Part shown: positions 1 through 9,282 of the stretch, piece after piece
Layout: each line of letters begins with the position of its first letter
Position numbering within the stretch: position 1 is the stretch's first letter
Assembly: GCA_963664395.2 (NCBI GenBank)
Contig: OY761159.2
Span: forward strand, 1,152,001 to 1,216,000
From: Candidatus Binatia bacterium
GTDB taxonomy: Bacteria > Desulfobacterota > Binatia > Bin18
DNA length: 64,000 nucleotides
Reading direction: 5' to 3'
The notes under the pieces: model-generated
The model's database searches: none
What the model was told of the DNA's origin: nothing
Seen by the model: only the letters and a program-made list of their open reading frames with translations
Made by a program: the position numbers and the translations under genes

Positions 1-2
1 TC

Positions 3-1004
3 AAAGAATACGAACACCGGCAAGACGAAGAACTTCGGCACGAGTTCGAGAGGAAGCTGGAAGAGCTTGGAGCTGCTGACACGTCGTTCAACATACCAGC
101 GGGCGTTCTGCGCGTTATTACCTGGATTGGTTGGGGCGTGGCATCAGTGTTGGGGCTGTTCCTTGTGGCTCAGGGGGCGGCGTTGGTTGACGACATCCGA
201 GTGTTATCGACACCGTTCAACTGGATCGCAGGTGTAAGCGCCTCGGCTTTCGCTACAATTCTGACAGTGTTGATCCTGAAGTTGGGGATAATGCTGGCTC
301 GTCTGCACCGTAGTCCTGCGATCCCCCTGCGGTCATTGGCTGCATTGCAGCAGCGCGAACGATGGCAGCAGTTGGCCAAGCAGCATATCGAACGCGCGAA
401 AGGCGAACTGCAAGACTATCTGAAAGGATATGAACTTGGCGGTGATGCGCGAAAACGACTGCGAGTCTTCGGAGTCAGCGAAGACGAATACGATAAGCTC
501 GTAGAGGCGCATGAATTCCTGCTCGGAGATGAGCCGCTGTCCCCGGACGAATGGCTTAAAGCGTTCTCCCTCAGGTTTCAGTCAATTCTGGATGCAGCAG
601 CAGAACGCCGCGCCAAGAGCTATGCCATGAAAGTCGGGGTCGCCACCGCTGCTACACCGGTGGCGGTGATTGATCAGCTCATCGTGCTGTACTCGTGCGT
701 AGCCTTGACCAAGGAACTGATGGCCATTTACGGGCTGCGTCCTGCATTCGGTCAGACGGCGACACTCTTGGCGCGTTCCATCGTGGCCACGTACCTGAGC
801 GGTCTGGCGCAAGAACTGTCAGAGGGTGGTGTGGATATGGTTGTGGACGGGACCGCCCAAGAACTGCTAGGTCCATCCATGCTAGGGCTTACTGCCAAGA
901 TAGGTGCCGCCAAGATGGCTGAAGGGATATTTAATGGCGTCCTCATCCGGCGATTGGGGAAACGCACCATTTCCCTGCTTCAGCCGGTGCGACCGGAAGG
1001 ATGA
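3..1004 (+). CDS. YcjF/DUF697 family membrane protein (5'-partial)
   Basis: Frame is open from base 3 (KEYEHRQDEELR...). Two N-terminal hydrophobic segments, then C-terminal 'VATAATPVAVIDQLIV...YGLRP...AEGIFNGVLIRRLG' typical of YcjF/DUF697. Confidence 0.75.
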   Translation, partial: KEYEHRQDEELRHEFERKLEELGAADTSFNIPAGVLRVITWIGWGVASVLGLFLVAQGAALVDDIRVLSTPFNWIAGVSASAFATILTVLILKLGIMLARLHRSPAIPLRSLAALQQRERWQQLAKQHIERAKGELQDYLKGYELGGDARKRLRVFGVSEDEYDKLVEAHEFLLGDEPLSPDEWLKAFSLRFQSILDAAAERRAKSYAMKVGVATAATPVAVIDQLIVLYSCVALTKELMAIYGLRPAFGQTATLLARSIVATYLSGLAQELSEGGVDMVVDGTAQELLGPSMLGLTAKIGAAKMAEGIFNGVLIRRLGKRTISLLQPVRPEG

Positions 1005-1078
1005 TACGGAGGCTTTCCCTGCCTCGCCCATCTCTTTTTGAAGAGTCCGGCACTATCACGACTATGCCGCCTTTTTTC

Positions 1079-2995
1079 CTAATGATTCGTTCGCAGGTAA
1101 CGGACAATTTCCATCATGACCTTGCAGTCAACTTCGTTGTAGCGAGCAATCTCGTTCATCAGCGGCAACTCGGCCATCGACACGCCTTTCTGCCGAGCCT
1201 CTTCGTCACAGCGCCACGCACCGACCATCGCCCCCAAGCCGTCAACGGGACTATCGGCCCAACTCGTTTCTATGAAACCGTGGGCGTGCATGGCGTTAGC
1301 AACCGCTTTCAAACCGAAACCCAACGCACCCCGTACTGTTACGGGCTCCTCACGCATCACTTTCTGTAGGAAATCGTACCAGTCCAACCAGCCCAACTCG
1401 GGCCAGTCAGATCGTTTCCGGTGCCTGACTTTGGCAGAATTGTAGGCGTTCTCCAGCGCAGTTCGTTCAGCGGCTGACCAGTGGAAAATGCACGGATTAC
1501 GGTTTTGCGGGTCTAGTTGGTCGCGGACTACGGACATGTACTCAACCCATTCCTGAATGATGCGGAATTCTTCCTCTTCAGACAGCTCATTGGTGACCAG
1601 CGACTTAAACTGCCACTCCCCTTTGTCTACATGGCCGCAGCCAATCATAAAGATGAGCGGTTGCCCTCCCTTCTCCGGCAGTGTGGAAAAGTCATCGTTC
1701 AGGTCGCTGCAAAACTCGAAGTCTACGTAGAACTCAACACCGGGTGTAGGATACCACTGTTCCCGCTCGGTCTCGACCTGTAAAGGCAGAACCAACGAGC
1801 CGTCGTATTCAGGTTGGTTTACGACCAGAATCTGGTCCAGTATGCGGCTCGGCTTTTCTCCACCAACCCCCACTTTTATCGGTGTCACCCGCGGGTCATC
1901 CCAACGGTAGATGCCGTCTTCATGTGCTTGTTTGCGCTTTCCAACTCCGACTTGCCACAGTTGGGTCAGCTCTCTCAACTCACCCGCCAGCCACTTCTTG
2001 ACGCCTACCCACTGCTCGGCAGGTTCATCGTCCTCGGTACCAGGCTCCAGTTCAACGGGACCGTCATCCAACATCATGCCACCGTCGTCTGCATTGCCCA
2101 TATTAGGATAAAGTTCAGGAACCGATGGATTCGGGAGCAGTTGCCAGTCCAGACCCTCGGTCCGTACTCGCCGGACCCAACGAAGGGCATCCTCCACAGC
2201 GTCGGCAATGAGAACTCCATTGGTGACCGTACCATTCTGCGGAATCGGTCCCAACCGCTCCAGTGCGTTCGTTCCTCTGTCTCTTCGCTGTTGCCAACCG
2301 CGCCCCAACAGATACGATTCGGGCGGCTCGAAGCCCTGAAGGCGTCCCAGCATTCGGTTATAGATATATAACTGTGCCTTGTACGCTGGCCCGCTGCCAC
2401 TGTTGCTAACCTGGGAGCCGCTGGCATTCAGGTGCAGCGTCGTAAATTTGGTGTCTACCACGCGGTAGTGCCAACCATCGGCTCCCAGGTCAGGCGCGAA
2501 CACCGCCGCTTCATTCTCCGAAAAAGACTCGGCGGACAGAGTATGAAGCACATCACTCCGTATCAAGAAGTCCGGCGAACCATAGTTCATATTTTGGGCA
2601 TCCCATAACACGGCTTGGTAAATGATGGGCACGCCCTGCTGCATCGCTGCAAAGGTTTCCTCCGCCTTGTCCAGCCTGCTTATCTCCCGATAGTCTTGGG
2701 CTATCGTGGTAACGTCATACCACTGCCTGAATAGACGGAGTATGCCGGCCTCGAATTCTCTCCCCCGTTCAAAGATAAACTCCAGGAAATCTAAGTCCTT
2801 CTCGTAGCCAGGCCATGCTGTCTTTGGGATGTAGTCACAACTTTTTCCGTACAGTTGCAGCCAGTCTATGAGTGGGTCGCCCAACATCCAGTTCCGGGTG
2901 CGACCCGCACTCACCCACTGCTGCCAATCGTCGTGGGAAACGGGAAGCGGAACTTCGGAACCGTCGTCTCGGTGTGTTAGCGCGTTGATACCCAT
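1079..2995 (-). CDS. TM0106-like RecB-family nuclease fused to a C-terminal RNase H-like (RNase_H_2/YprB) exonuclease domain
   Basis: PD-(D/E)xK motifs GSPDFL..VVDTK..KAQLYIY; C-terminal FYVDFE, FHWS..E, FGLKAV, YNEVDC (DEDD-type). Confidence 0.8.
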   Translation of the reverse strand: MGINALTHRDDGSEVPLPVSHDDWQQWVSAGRTRNWMLGDPLIDWLQLYGKSCDYIPKTAWPGYEKDLDFLEFIFERGREFEAGILRLFRQWYDVTTIAQDYREISRLDKAEETFAAMQQGVPIIYQAVLWDAQNMNYGSPDFLIRSDVLHTLSAESFSENEAAVFAPDLGADGWHYRVVDTKFTTLHLNASGSQVSNSGSGPAYKAQLYIYNRMLGRLQGFEPPESYLLGRGWQQRRDRGTNALERLGPIPQNGTVTNGVLIADAVEDALRWVRRVRTEGLDWQLLPNPSVPELYPNMGNADDGGMMLDDGPVELEPGTEDDEPAEQWVGVKKWLAGELRELTQLWQVGVGKRKQAHEDGIYRWDDPRVTPIKVGVGGEKPSRILDQILVVNQPEYDGSLVLPLQVETEREQWYPTPGVEFYVDFEFCSDLNDDFSTLPEKGGQPLIFMIGCGHVDKGEWQFKSLVTNELSEEEEFRIIQEWVEYMSVVRDQLDPQNRNPCIFHWSAAERTALENAYNSAKVRHRKRSDWPELGWLDWYDFLQKVMREEPVTVRGALGFGLKAVANAMHAHGFIETSWADSPVDGLGAMVGAWRCDEEARQKGVSMAELPLMNEIARYNEVDCKVMMEIVRYLRTNH

Positions 2996-3233
2996 ATGAT
3001 GCCCTCAAAGTCTTGTCGGTTACTGGACTGGTGACTTCCATATGTAAAAAGAACCCTTAATCTGAGGGAGGGGACATATGTCCAGCCTTTGGCCTTATTC
3101 AGAAGCTGACAGTATACAGCCTTTCTTTTGAATTGATTACGTAGGTGAGTGAAACAGAAGACGGAAACATCAGCAACCCGCCCCCAGACGGATAGGGCGG
3201 CAGAGTATTATTGCCAGTTATTCGGGAGGTCAG

Positions 3234-3425
3234 ATGATACAATGTTATTCTAATTCCCTTGTTATCTGTCTGCTTGTTATCTGTTTAGGCGTGGGAGCAT
3301 GTTCGGAACCTCAGGATGTCGCTGGTTCATGTAAAGGTGATTTAGAGGAAACGACCAACGCGAATACACACCTCTTGGCTAGGGCGTGTTCAGCCGCTAT
3401 CTGCCTATGCTTGAGGTATCTCTAA
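3234..3425 (+). CDS. Short putative lipoprotein or remnant
   Basis: GGAGGT RBS, hydrophobic stretch, lipobox-like VGAC; only 63 aa. Confidence 0.3.
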   Translation: MIQCYSNSLVICLLVICLGVGACSEPQDVAGSCKGDLEETTNANTHLLARACSAAICLCLRYL

Positions 3426-4456
3426 CGCTGTCTTCCGACCTTCAAACGATCCGGGGTTTGACTTGTAATGAGGCTCACACCTCCTCCGTGTTCCTTGTGT
3501 GCAACCCTAACCCCATAATCGCGGACGCCCTTTATCCATACATGACAGAATCTTTTTGAGAGATTGAACAAGGCAGCATGAATCTCTTCGTACGGCGAAT
3601 TGAGGAATGGCTTACGTAAATCCTCTAGGAATTGGTCTGGCTTACCGGAACGATTTGATACGTTGCAACCGTCACAGATAAGCTTTTCTAACGCACTGAC
3701 CAGACAGCTCGTCAATGGCGAGAGATTTTCACGGAAGCCCGCGAGGTTGATATCCGCTCCGTTATCGCCTGGGGAGATTCCCATATCGGCTAGAGCTTCC
3801 CAAAATTTCCGAGTGGCATCCTCGCCAAAGAATTCATCAAGCGGCCGGTCTCGTCGTGTGCTTGCCTGTAGATGCGTGGGAGACGATATTGTGTTACGCA
3901 CGTAATGCTGATGCTGCTTCCATAGTTCGTTGCCATCCCAGGAGATGTCAGCCACGTCAAGCCAACTCACGTGTCGCGCATGCGCGCAGGGGTAGCATTC
4001 ACAGAAATCCTCAAACTCTTTGACGGCCTTGAGTATAGCGGCTGTATCGGCATCTTCTGCACGGTCCCGATTGAACGGTGTCAGATACCCTATGGCTACG
4101 GATTGAGCAGCATCCTCTACCGTGAGGCTATCATAATATTTCTTTAACTGACCGTATTCGACCGAGTCATCATCTGTCTTGACTTCGATCCCCAAGACCC
4201 TGTGGCTACCTTTGTCGTGTATGCAGACGTCAATCCGCCCAGTCTTTATGTCCTTCTCAGATAAGATTTCAGGCCGATCTGGAGTATTCCATTTGAGCGG
4301 TGCAGCCAGCTTCCAGACCGTATCGAACAACGAGCGGTTTCCCGTTAAGCTTTCTATCAACGCATCCGCGAGAAACCGCGAATGGAATGGCTCCGTACGA
4401 CTTGTGACCTTCCCAATGGTCTTGAATATATTAACGCTTCGGTTGTATGTACTCAT
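3422..4456 (-). CDS. PD-(D/E)XK nuclease superfamily protein (PDDEXK_4-like)
   Basis: EPFHSRFLA...GRIDVCI...GIEVKT...GQLKKY...YLTP...VSW motif series. Confidence 0.75.
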   Translation of the reverse strand: MSTYNRSVNIFKTIGKVTSRTEPFHSRFLADALIESLTGNRSLFDTVWKLAAPLKWNTPDRPEILSEKDIKTGRIDVCIHDKGSHRVLGIEVKTDDDSVEYGQLKKYYDSLTVEDAAQSVAIGYLTPFNRDRAEDADTAAILKAVKEFEDFCECYPCAHARHVSWLDVADISWDGNELWKQHQHYVRNTISSPTHLQASTRRDRPLDEFFGEDATRKFWEALADMGISPGDNGADINLAGFRENLSPLTSCLVSALEKLICDGCNVSNRSGKPDQFLEDLRKPFLNSPYEEIHAALFNLSKRFCHVWIKGVRDYGVRVAHKEHGGGVSLITSQTPDRLKVGRQR

Positions 4457-4634
4457 TAGTAGCTACCTCTTATTTCAGACTATTTCATTTTTCAGCCAGG
4501 TCTTTTTGTTATGACCGACTATCATTGTGGAATACTCCACACGGACGAAACAAGCTCCACAACAGGGTAGCGATCTGACATTACAAGGACTCTCCCCATG
4601 GTGAGGGCGCAGCACGGTGAATCTTTATACTACC

Positions 4635-4757
4635 CTGTGCCCACATGCCGAAGTGACACTCATTGAGAACGGGGGCGGGACCTATCACATGATTGAACAG
4701 CCCGAACAGACGGCTGCCATTGTCGTTGATTTTGTGAACAAACACACAGGAGCCTGA
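4635..4757 (+). pseudogene. C-terminal remnant of an alpha/beta hydrolase
   Basis: Manual translation LCPHAEVTLIENGGGTYHMIEQPEQTAAIVVDFVNKHTGA* resembles hydrolase C-termini; in-frame stop upstream at 4602, no N-terminal part. Confidence 0.5.
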
Positions 4758-4854
4758 GCGAGGCCGTGCAAAACCTTGCAAAACATTGACAGAACCTTGA
4801 CGAAACGCTGAGAGCTTTGCGATAAAGGTTTATCAATACCAAAGGAGGGGTCGT

Positions 4855-6294
4855 ATGCTCGATTGTGTCATCAAAGGTGGTCAGGTCGTTACTCCCCAAG
4901 CAGTTGGTGAAATGGATGTCGGCATTCAGGGCGAAAAGATCGTCGCCGTAGGCTGGTCAGGGACGCTGTCGGAACAGGCCGCTCGTGTGATTGACGCCAG
5001 CGGCAAAATTGTCATCCCGGGTGGCATCGAGCCGCACGCGCATATCGGCATTCCCGTGCCGAGTGAGTGGTCAGGTCAGCCGGATATCATGACCCAGCCG
5101 CCCCAGGACGCCAGCCGGGCCGCCGCGTTCGGGGGGGTCACAACCATCGTCGATTTTGCTGGGGATCTGAGTTTTGCAGAGGTGGAGGACGCAACACCCA
5201 AATCCATCATGAGTGTCGTGGAGGAACGCCGCAGTGTGTTTCGCACCCATGCCTACACCGACTATACCTTTCACTACATTCTGGCGGGTGAGGTCGCGCC
5301 GGAGACGATCAGCGAGATTGGCGAGGCCATACAAGAAGGCGTAGCCAGCTTTAAGATCTTTACCACCTTCCATCCCATCCGGGTTCCATACGGACATCTG
5401 TGGACCATATTTGCCGAGGTGGCCAAGCACGGCGGCATTATGGCGGTACACGCCGAAGAAGATGAAGTCGTGCGCTATATGACCGCAAAGCTCAAGCGTG
5501 AGGGCCGCGACCAGGGGTATAACCTCCACCTCGTTCACAACAACATCTCTGAAGATCTGGCCTTCCGTCATATCATCCGTCTGGCCCAGCATACTGAGGC
5601 GGGTATTTACTTTGTGCATACGACCGCCAAAGAAGGCGTGGCCGCCATCGCCGAGGCACGCGCCGCCGGTCAGCCAGTGTATGGCGAGGCGCTCCACAAT
5701 TATCTCCAATTCACCTGTGAGGATTACAAAAAGCCTGGCGGGACAGCGATTCACACCTATCCGGCCATTAAGTTCGCGGATGACAGAGACGCGTTGATCG
5801 CCGGCTTGATGGACGGCCGTTTGGCGACCACGGCCACAGATGAATACACGACCCATAAAGGACCCAAGCTGTGGGGCGATACGATCGAGACCGTCTGCGG
5901 TGGGCATAACGGCATTGAGACCCGTATGCCGGTCGCCTTCACCAAGTTTGTGGCAGAGCGCAACATGTCGCTCCAGCGCTTTGTTGACATTACCTCGGCC
6001 AACGCCGCCAAACTCCTCGGGCTTTATCCCCGGAAGGGAGCGATTCAGCCGGGGAGCGATGCCGATCTCGTTTTGATTGATCCCGACATGAAAAAAACGC
6101 TCACCATGGACGATCTGCACGCCGACGCTGACTACAGCATCTGGGAGGGCTTTGCCTGCCAGGGCTATCCGGTGCTGACCATGCTGCGCGGTAAGGTGAT
6201 TGTCGATCAGGGACAACTGGTCGGGAGTTCGACTGACGGCCAATGGCTCAAACGGCGGGTGTCGGGCGATGTCATCTCCCGGCCAGTGGTGTAG
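4855..6294 (+). CDS. Dihydropyrimidinase/D-hydantoinase-like cyclic amidohydrolase
   Basis: PGGIEPHAH, GGVTT, SFKIF (carbamylated Lys), HAE, KGAIQPGSDADLV; AGGAGG RBS. Confidence 0.9.
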   Translation: MLDCVIKGGQVVTPQAVGEMDVGIQGEKIVAVGWSGTLSEQAARVIDASGKIVIPGGIEPHAHIGIPVPSEWSGQPDIMTQPPQDASRAAAFGGVTTIVDFAGDLSFAEVEDATPKSIMSVVEERRSVFRTHAYTDYTFHYILAGEVAPETISEIGEAIQEGVASFKIFTTFHPIRVPYGHLWTIFAEVAKHGGIMAVHAEEDEVVRYMTAKLKREGRDQGYNLHLVHNNISEDLAFRHIIRLAQHTEAGIYFVHTTAKEGVAAIAEARAAGQPVYGEALHNYLQFTCEDYKKPGGTAIHTYPAIKFADDRDALIAGLMDGRLATTATDEYTTHKGPKLWGDTIETVCGGHNGIETRMPVAFTKFVAERNMSLQRFVDITSANAAKLLGLYPRKGAIQPGSDADLVLIDPDMKKTLTMDDLHADADYSIWEGFACQGYPVLTMLRGKVIVDQGQLVGSSTDGQWLKRRVSGDVISRPVV

Positions 6295-6318
6295 AGCCCC
6301 GAGGACCGGGAGGGTTGA

Positions 6319-6921
6319 ATGAAAAAAGTAGGCGGGGTACTGGCCTGGCATCCCGAAGTGGCCATGACCCAAGACGAGATCGACGATTTTCTGTCCGGGC
6401 GCTGGGTTGTGCGCCTGGCAACGCTTGCGCGGGACGGATATCCGCACGTGACGCCGCTGTGGTACTACTGGGATGGCCAGTGTCTGTATCTCGCCCTGAC
6501 CCGGAATCGACGCGCCTTCAAACACCTCAACCGAGACCCGCGCTGCTCGGCTGCCATTGATATGGACGACCGACCGCTTATGGGTATGCGCACCAATCTG
6601 GCCAAGGCGGTGGTGATCAAAGGCGATGCCGAAATGGTAGAGCTTGGCTCGGGTCAAACCGTGCGCATCGAAGCCGGCCCGTGGCAGGGTGAGCATACGC
6701 CGGAGCAAGTGCTTGCCCTGCTTGGTAGCCGCTATAGCCTCTCGGCCCGTGACGGCGCCCTCGGCTTCAGTCACGAGTCGTTTGGCGAGGTCTTCGCGCG
6801 GCCGGAGGGACGAGACAGCCAGCTCTTTAAGGACAACGAAGGCCGCGTCATCACAAAAATTCGACCTCAAAAGATCCAAGCCTGGGACTTCTCGAAAGCA
6901 CCTATGGGCTATGTAGAGTGA
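6319..6921 (+). CDS. Pyridoxamine 5'-phosphate oxidase-like (split-barrel flavin/F420) protein
   Basis: RLATL..DGYPHVTPLWY, LNRDPRC, IRPQKIQAWDFSK. Confidence 0.8.
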   Translation: MKKVGGVLAWHPEVAMTQDEIDDFLSGRWVVRLATLARDGYPHVTPLWYYWDGQCLYLALTRNRRAFKHLNRDPRCSAAIDMDDRPLMGMRTNLAKAVVIKGDAEMVELGSGQTVRIEAGPWQGEHTPEQVLALLGSRYSLSARDGALGFSHESFGEVFARPEGRDSQLFKDNEGRVITKIRPQKIQAWDFSKAPMGYVE

Positions 6922-6939
6922 AGCGCAAGGAGACACGGC

Positions 6940-7848
6940 ATGACACGTTCTTTCACTGTTGCGGCGGCCCAGCTCGGGCCGAGTTCCAACACCAAGGCCC
7001 AGACCGTCGAACGCATGGTCGCACTGATTCAAGAAGCCGGACGGCGCGACGTCGAACTGCTGACCTTTTCCGAACTGTCCCTGACCCCATATTTTGCCAC
7101 GCGGGTGCACGCAGCCTGGCAGGATTTCCCCGAAGACGGTCTGCCTTCAGCCGTGACCCAGCCCCTTTTTGAGGCCGGGCGTCAGGCGGAATTACACTGG
7201 ATCTTTCCCTTTGCAGAGCGCGAAAACGGCCAAGTTTATAATACGGCGGTGCTCATTGATCCGGCGGGAATAATTGTCCAGAAATACCGCAAGGCCCATA
7301 TTCCCGGTGTAGTCGAGCCGCGGGGGCAGGAGCTCGATATTTTTGAAAAGCGCTATTTTACGGAAGGGAATCTGGGCTTTCCCGTGACGGCTTTGCGGAC
7401 CGGCGAGTCGGCCAAGCTTGGTATGCTCATCTGTTATGACCGGCGGTTCTCAGAGGCATATCGGGCGCTCGCGCTCGACGGGGCTGAGCTGATCTGCATT
7501 CCCTACAATACACCCACGTTTGGCCGCCCCCCAAAAGAAGGCCATGAAACCGCTGAAATTCTCCTGCGTGCCGCCGCCATAGAGAATCAGGTCTTTATTG
7601 TCGCGGCCGGAAAGGCCGGCGTTGAAGACGGCGTCGAGTATATCGGGGGCAGTGAGGTCATCTCCCCTGAAGGCAAAGTATTGGCCAAAGCCCAGACCGA
7701 CGGAGATGAACTGGTCGTCACCACGATTGACCTGGACGCGCTCACAAAACTCAAAGCCCGCTGGGATTTCATGCCGGACCGCCGGCCGGAGCTGTATCAA
7801 ACCCTTGCCGACAAGGACCGTACCGCCGTTGCGTCAACGGGAAAATGA
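6940..7848 (+). CDS. N-carbamoyl-D-amino-acid amidohydrolase-like nitrilase-family enzyme
   Basis: AAAQLGP, FSELSLTPYF, YRKAHIPG, EKRYF, ICYDRRF (E-K-C triad), YNTP. Confidence 0.85.
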   Translation: MTRSFTVAAAQLGPSSNTKAQTVERMVALIQEAGRRDVELLTFSELSLTPYFATRVHAAWQDFPEDGLPSAVTQPLFEAGRQAELHWIFPFAERENGQVYNTAVLIDPAGIIVQKYRKAHIPGVVEPRGQELDIFEKRYFTEGNLGFPVTALRTGESAKLGMLICYDRRFSEAYRALALDGAELICIPYNTPTFGRPPKEGHETAEILLRAAAIENQVFIVAAGKAGVEDGVEYIGGSEVISPEGKVLAKAQTDGDELVVTTIDLDALTKLKARWDFMPDRRPELYQTLADKDRTAVASTGK

Positions 7849-7895
7849 AGCCATCATCATTCGCGCCCGCGTGTAAAAAAGTGGAAGAAACGACG

Positions 7896-8915
7896 ATGCA
7901 AGCCGAGCAGAACACATCCGACCGCCGAGCGCGCCGGCCCGTGGCTGACGAAGACATCCCGATCCTCGACCTTGGTCCATTCCTCGCGGGCGAATCCGGA
8001 GCGGCCGAAAAGACTGCGGCGGAACTCCGCTCCGCGCTCGAACAGATCGGCTTCTTCTATATTCTGAACCACGGCGTTCCCGAAAATCTGCGAGACCATC
8101 TGATTGAGCAAACCGCGGCGTTCTACCGCCTGCCGCTTGAGCGGAAGCTGCCGCTCAAGATAAATGCCTACGGGGTCGGCTATGTACCCAGGCGGGGCGA
8201 GTTGCTCAAAACCTCGCCGTATTACACCGGCACGAAAAAACCCGATGTGTGTGAAGTCCTGATTTTACAACGCGACTGGGGACCGGGCTCGGAAACACGA
8301 CACAACCCGTGGCCAGACCATCTGCCGCTGTTTCGGCAGGCGGTTCAGGATTTTTTTGAAGCCGCGGAGGACTTGGCGATTCAGATGCTACCCCTGTACG
8401 CCTTGGCGCTCGGGCTTGAGCGCGACTTCTTTGCGCACAAGTTTCGCAAATATAAAGCCCTCAACGCCCTGCGGGTTTCGTATATGCCGCCAGATAGGCT
8501 GGATGACGACGAGTTCAACGTCGGCCCGCATACGGACGGTTCCTTCATGACTCTGCTGGCAACCTCGGATCAGCTCGGCCTGGAAATTCTGTCGCCGTTT
8601 GGTCGGTGGCTGAAGATGCCGCTCATTCCCAACGCCTTTGTGGTCAACGCGGGAGACCTGCTCACTCGTTGGTCCAACGGGCGGGTCCGGTCCACACCGC
8701 ACCGGGTCATCAACACCTCAGGGGTGGACCGCTATTCGATCCCCCTCTTTGTGCAGCCCACGGCGAACACGATCATTGACTGTCTGCCAACCTGCTGCGG
8801 CCCGGACAATCCGCCCCAAGAGCCGCCTATCGCCTGTGTCGATTACCTCCGGTGGTTTATGGAACAGAATTTCGCTCTGGGAGAGCGCAGCTACGACAGG
8901 CCGGAGTCGGCATAG
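7896..8915 (+). CDS. Isopenicillin N synthase-family 2OG-Fe(II) dioxygenase
   Basis: IPILDL, GFFYILNHGV, HTD...H..R.S motif. Confidence 0.9.
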   Translation: MQAEQNTSDRRARRPVADEDIPILDLGPFLAGESGAAEKTAAELRSALEQIGFFYILNHGVPENLRDHLIEQTAAFYRLPLERKLPLKINAYGVGYVPRRGELLKTSPYYTGTKKPDVCEVLILQRDWGPGSETRHNPWPDHLPLFRQAVQDFFEAAEDLAIQMLPLYALALGLERDFFAHKFRKYKALNALRVSYMPPDRLDDDEFNVGPHTDGSFMTLLATSDQLGLEILSPFGRWLKMPLIPNAFVVNAGDLLTRWSNGRVRSTPHRVINTSGVDRYSIPLFVQPTANTIIDCLPTCCGPDNPPQEPPIACVDYLRWFMEQNFALGERSYDRPESA

Positions 8916-8950
8916 GTCACTCAGGAAAGGGACAGACTTCCGCTACCATC

Positions 8951-9268
8951 ATGACTCATACCCCCATCGGACGACTGCGTCGGGTCGGCATTCTGGAAGG
9001 TGTCTCTTTTCTCGTGCTGCTCGGTATCGCCATGCCGCTCAAATATCTGTGGGGACAGCCGCTGGCGGTGCGGATTGTCGGTTTGATTCACGGCGTCCTG
9101 TTTCTTTGGTTTTGCGGCGTATTGCTCACCGCAAAAGACGCGGCCGGCTGGGACCTGAAAAAAGCCGGTCGAATTCTCGTTGCCGCGCTGTTGCCTTTTG
9201 GACCCTTTGTGATTGATAGTGGCTTGCGGAGAGAGGATGAGGCGTTGAGAGGAAAAACACCGGACTAG
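8951..9268 (+). CDS. DUF3817 membrane protein
   Basis: LEGVSFLVLLGIAMPLKY...G.IHGVLF...LPFGPF. Confidence 0.85.
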   Translation: MTHTPIGRLRRVGILEGVSFLVLLGIAMPLKYLWGQPLAVRIVGLIHGVLFLWFCGVLLTAKDAAGWDLKKAGRILVAALLPFGPFVIDSGLRREDEALRGKTPD

Positions 9269-9282
9269 GAAAGGAAAGAGCT

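Noticed and set aside
4767-4812. 10-11-bp direct repeats (TGCAAAACCT-like) upstream of the hydantoinase gene
   Set aside because: Might be regulator sites but degenerate; cannot be supported from sequence alone.
5071-7110. 679-aa minus-strand ORF, and similar long antisense ORFs (12338-13468, 50942-51928, 58246-59130)
   Set aside because: Antisense shadows of well-supported GC-rich genes; no recognisable motifs.
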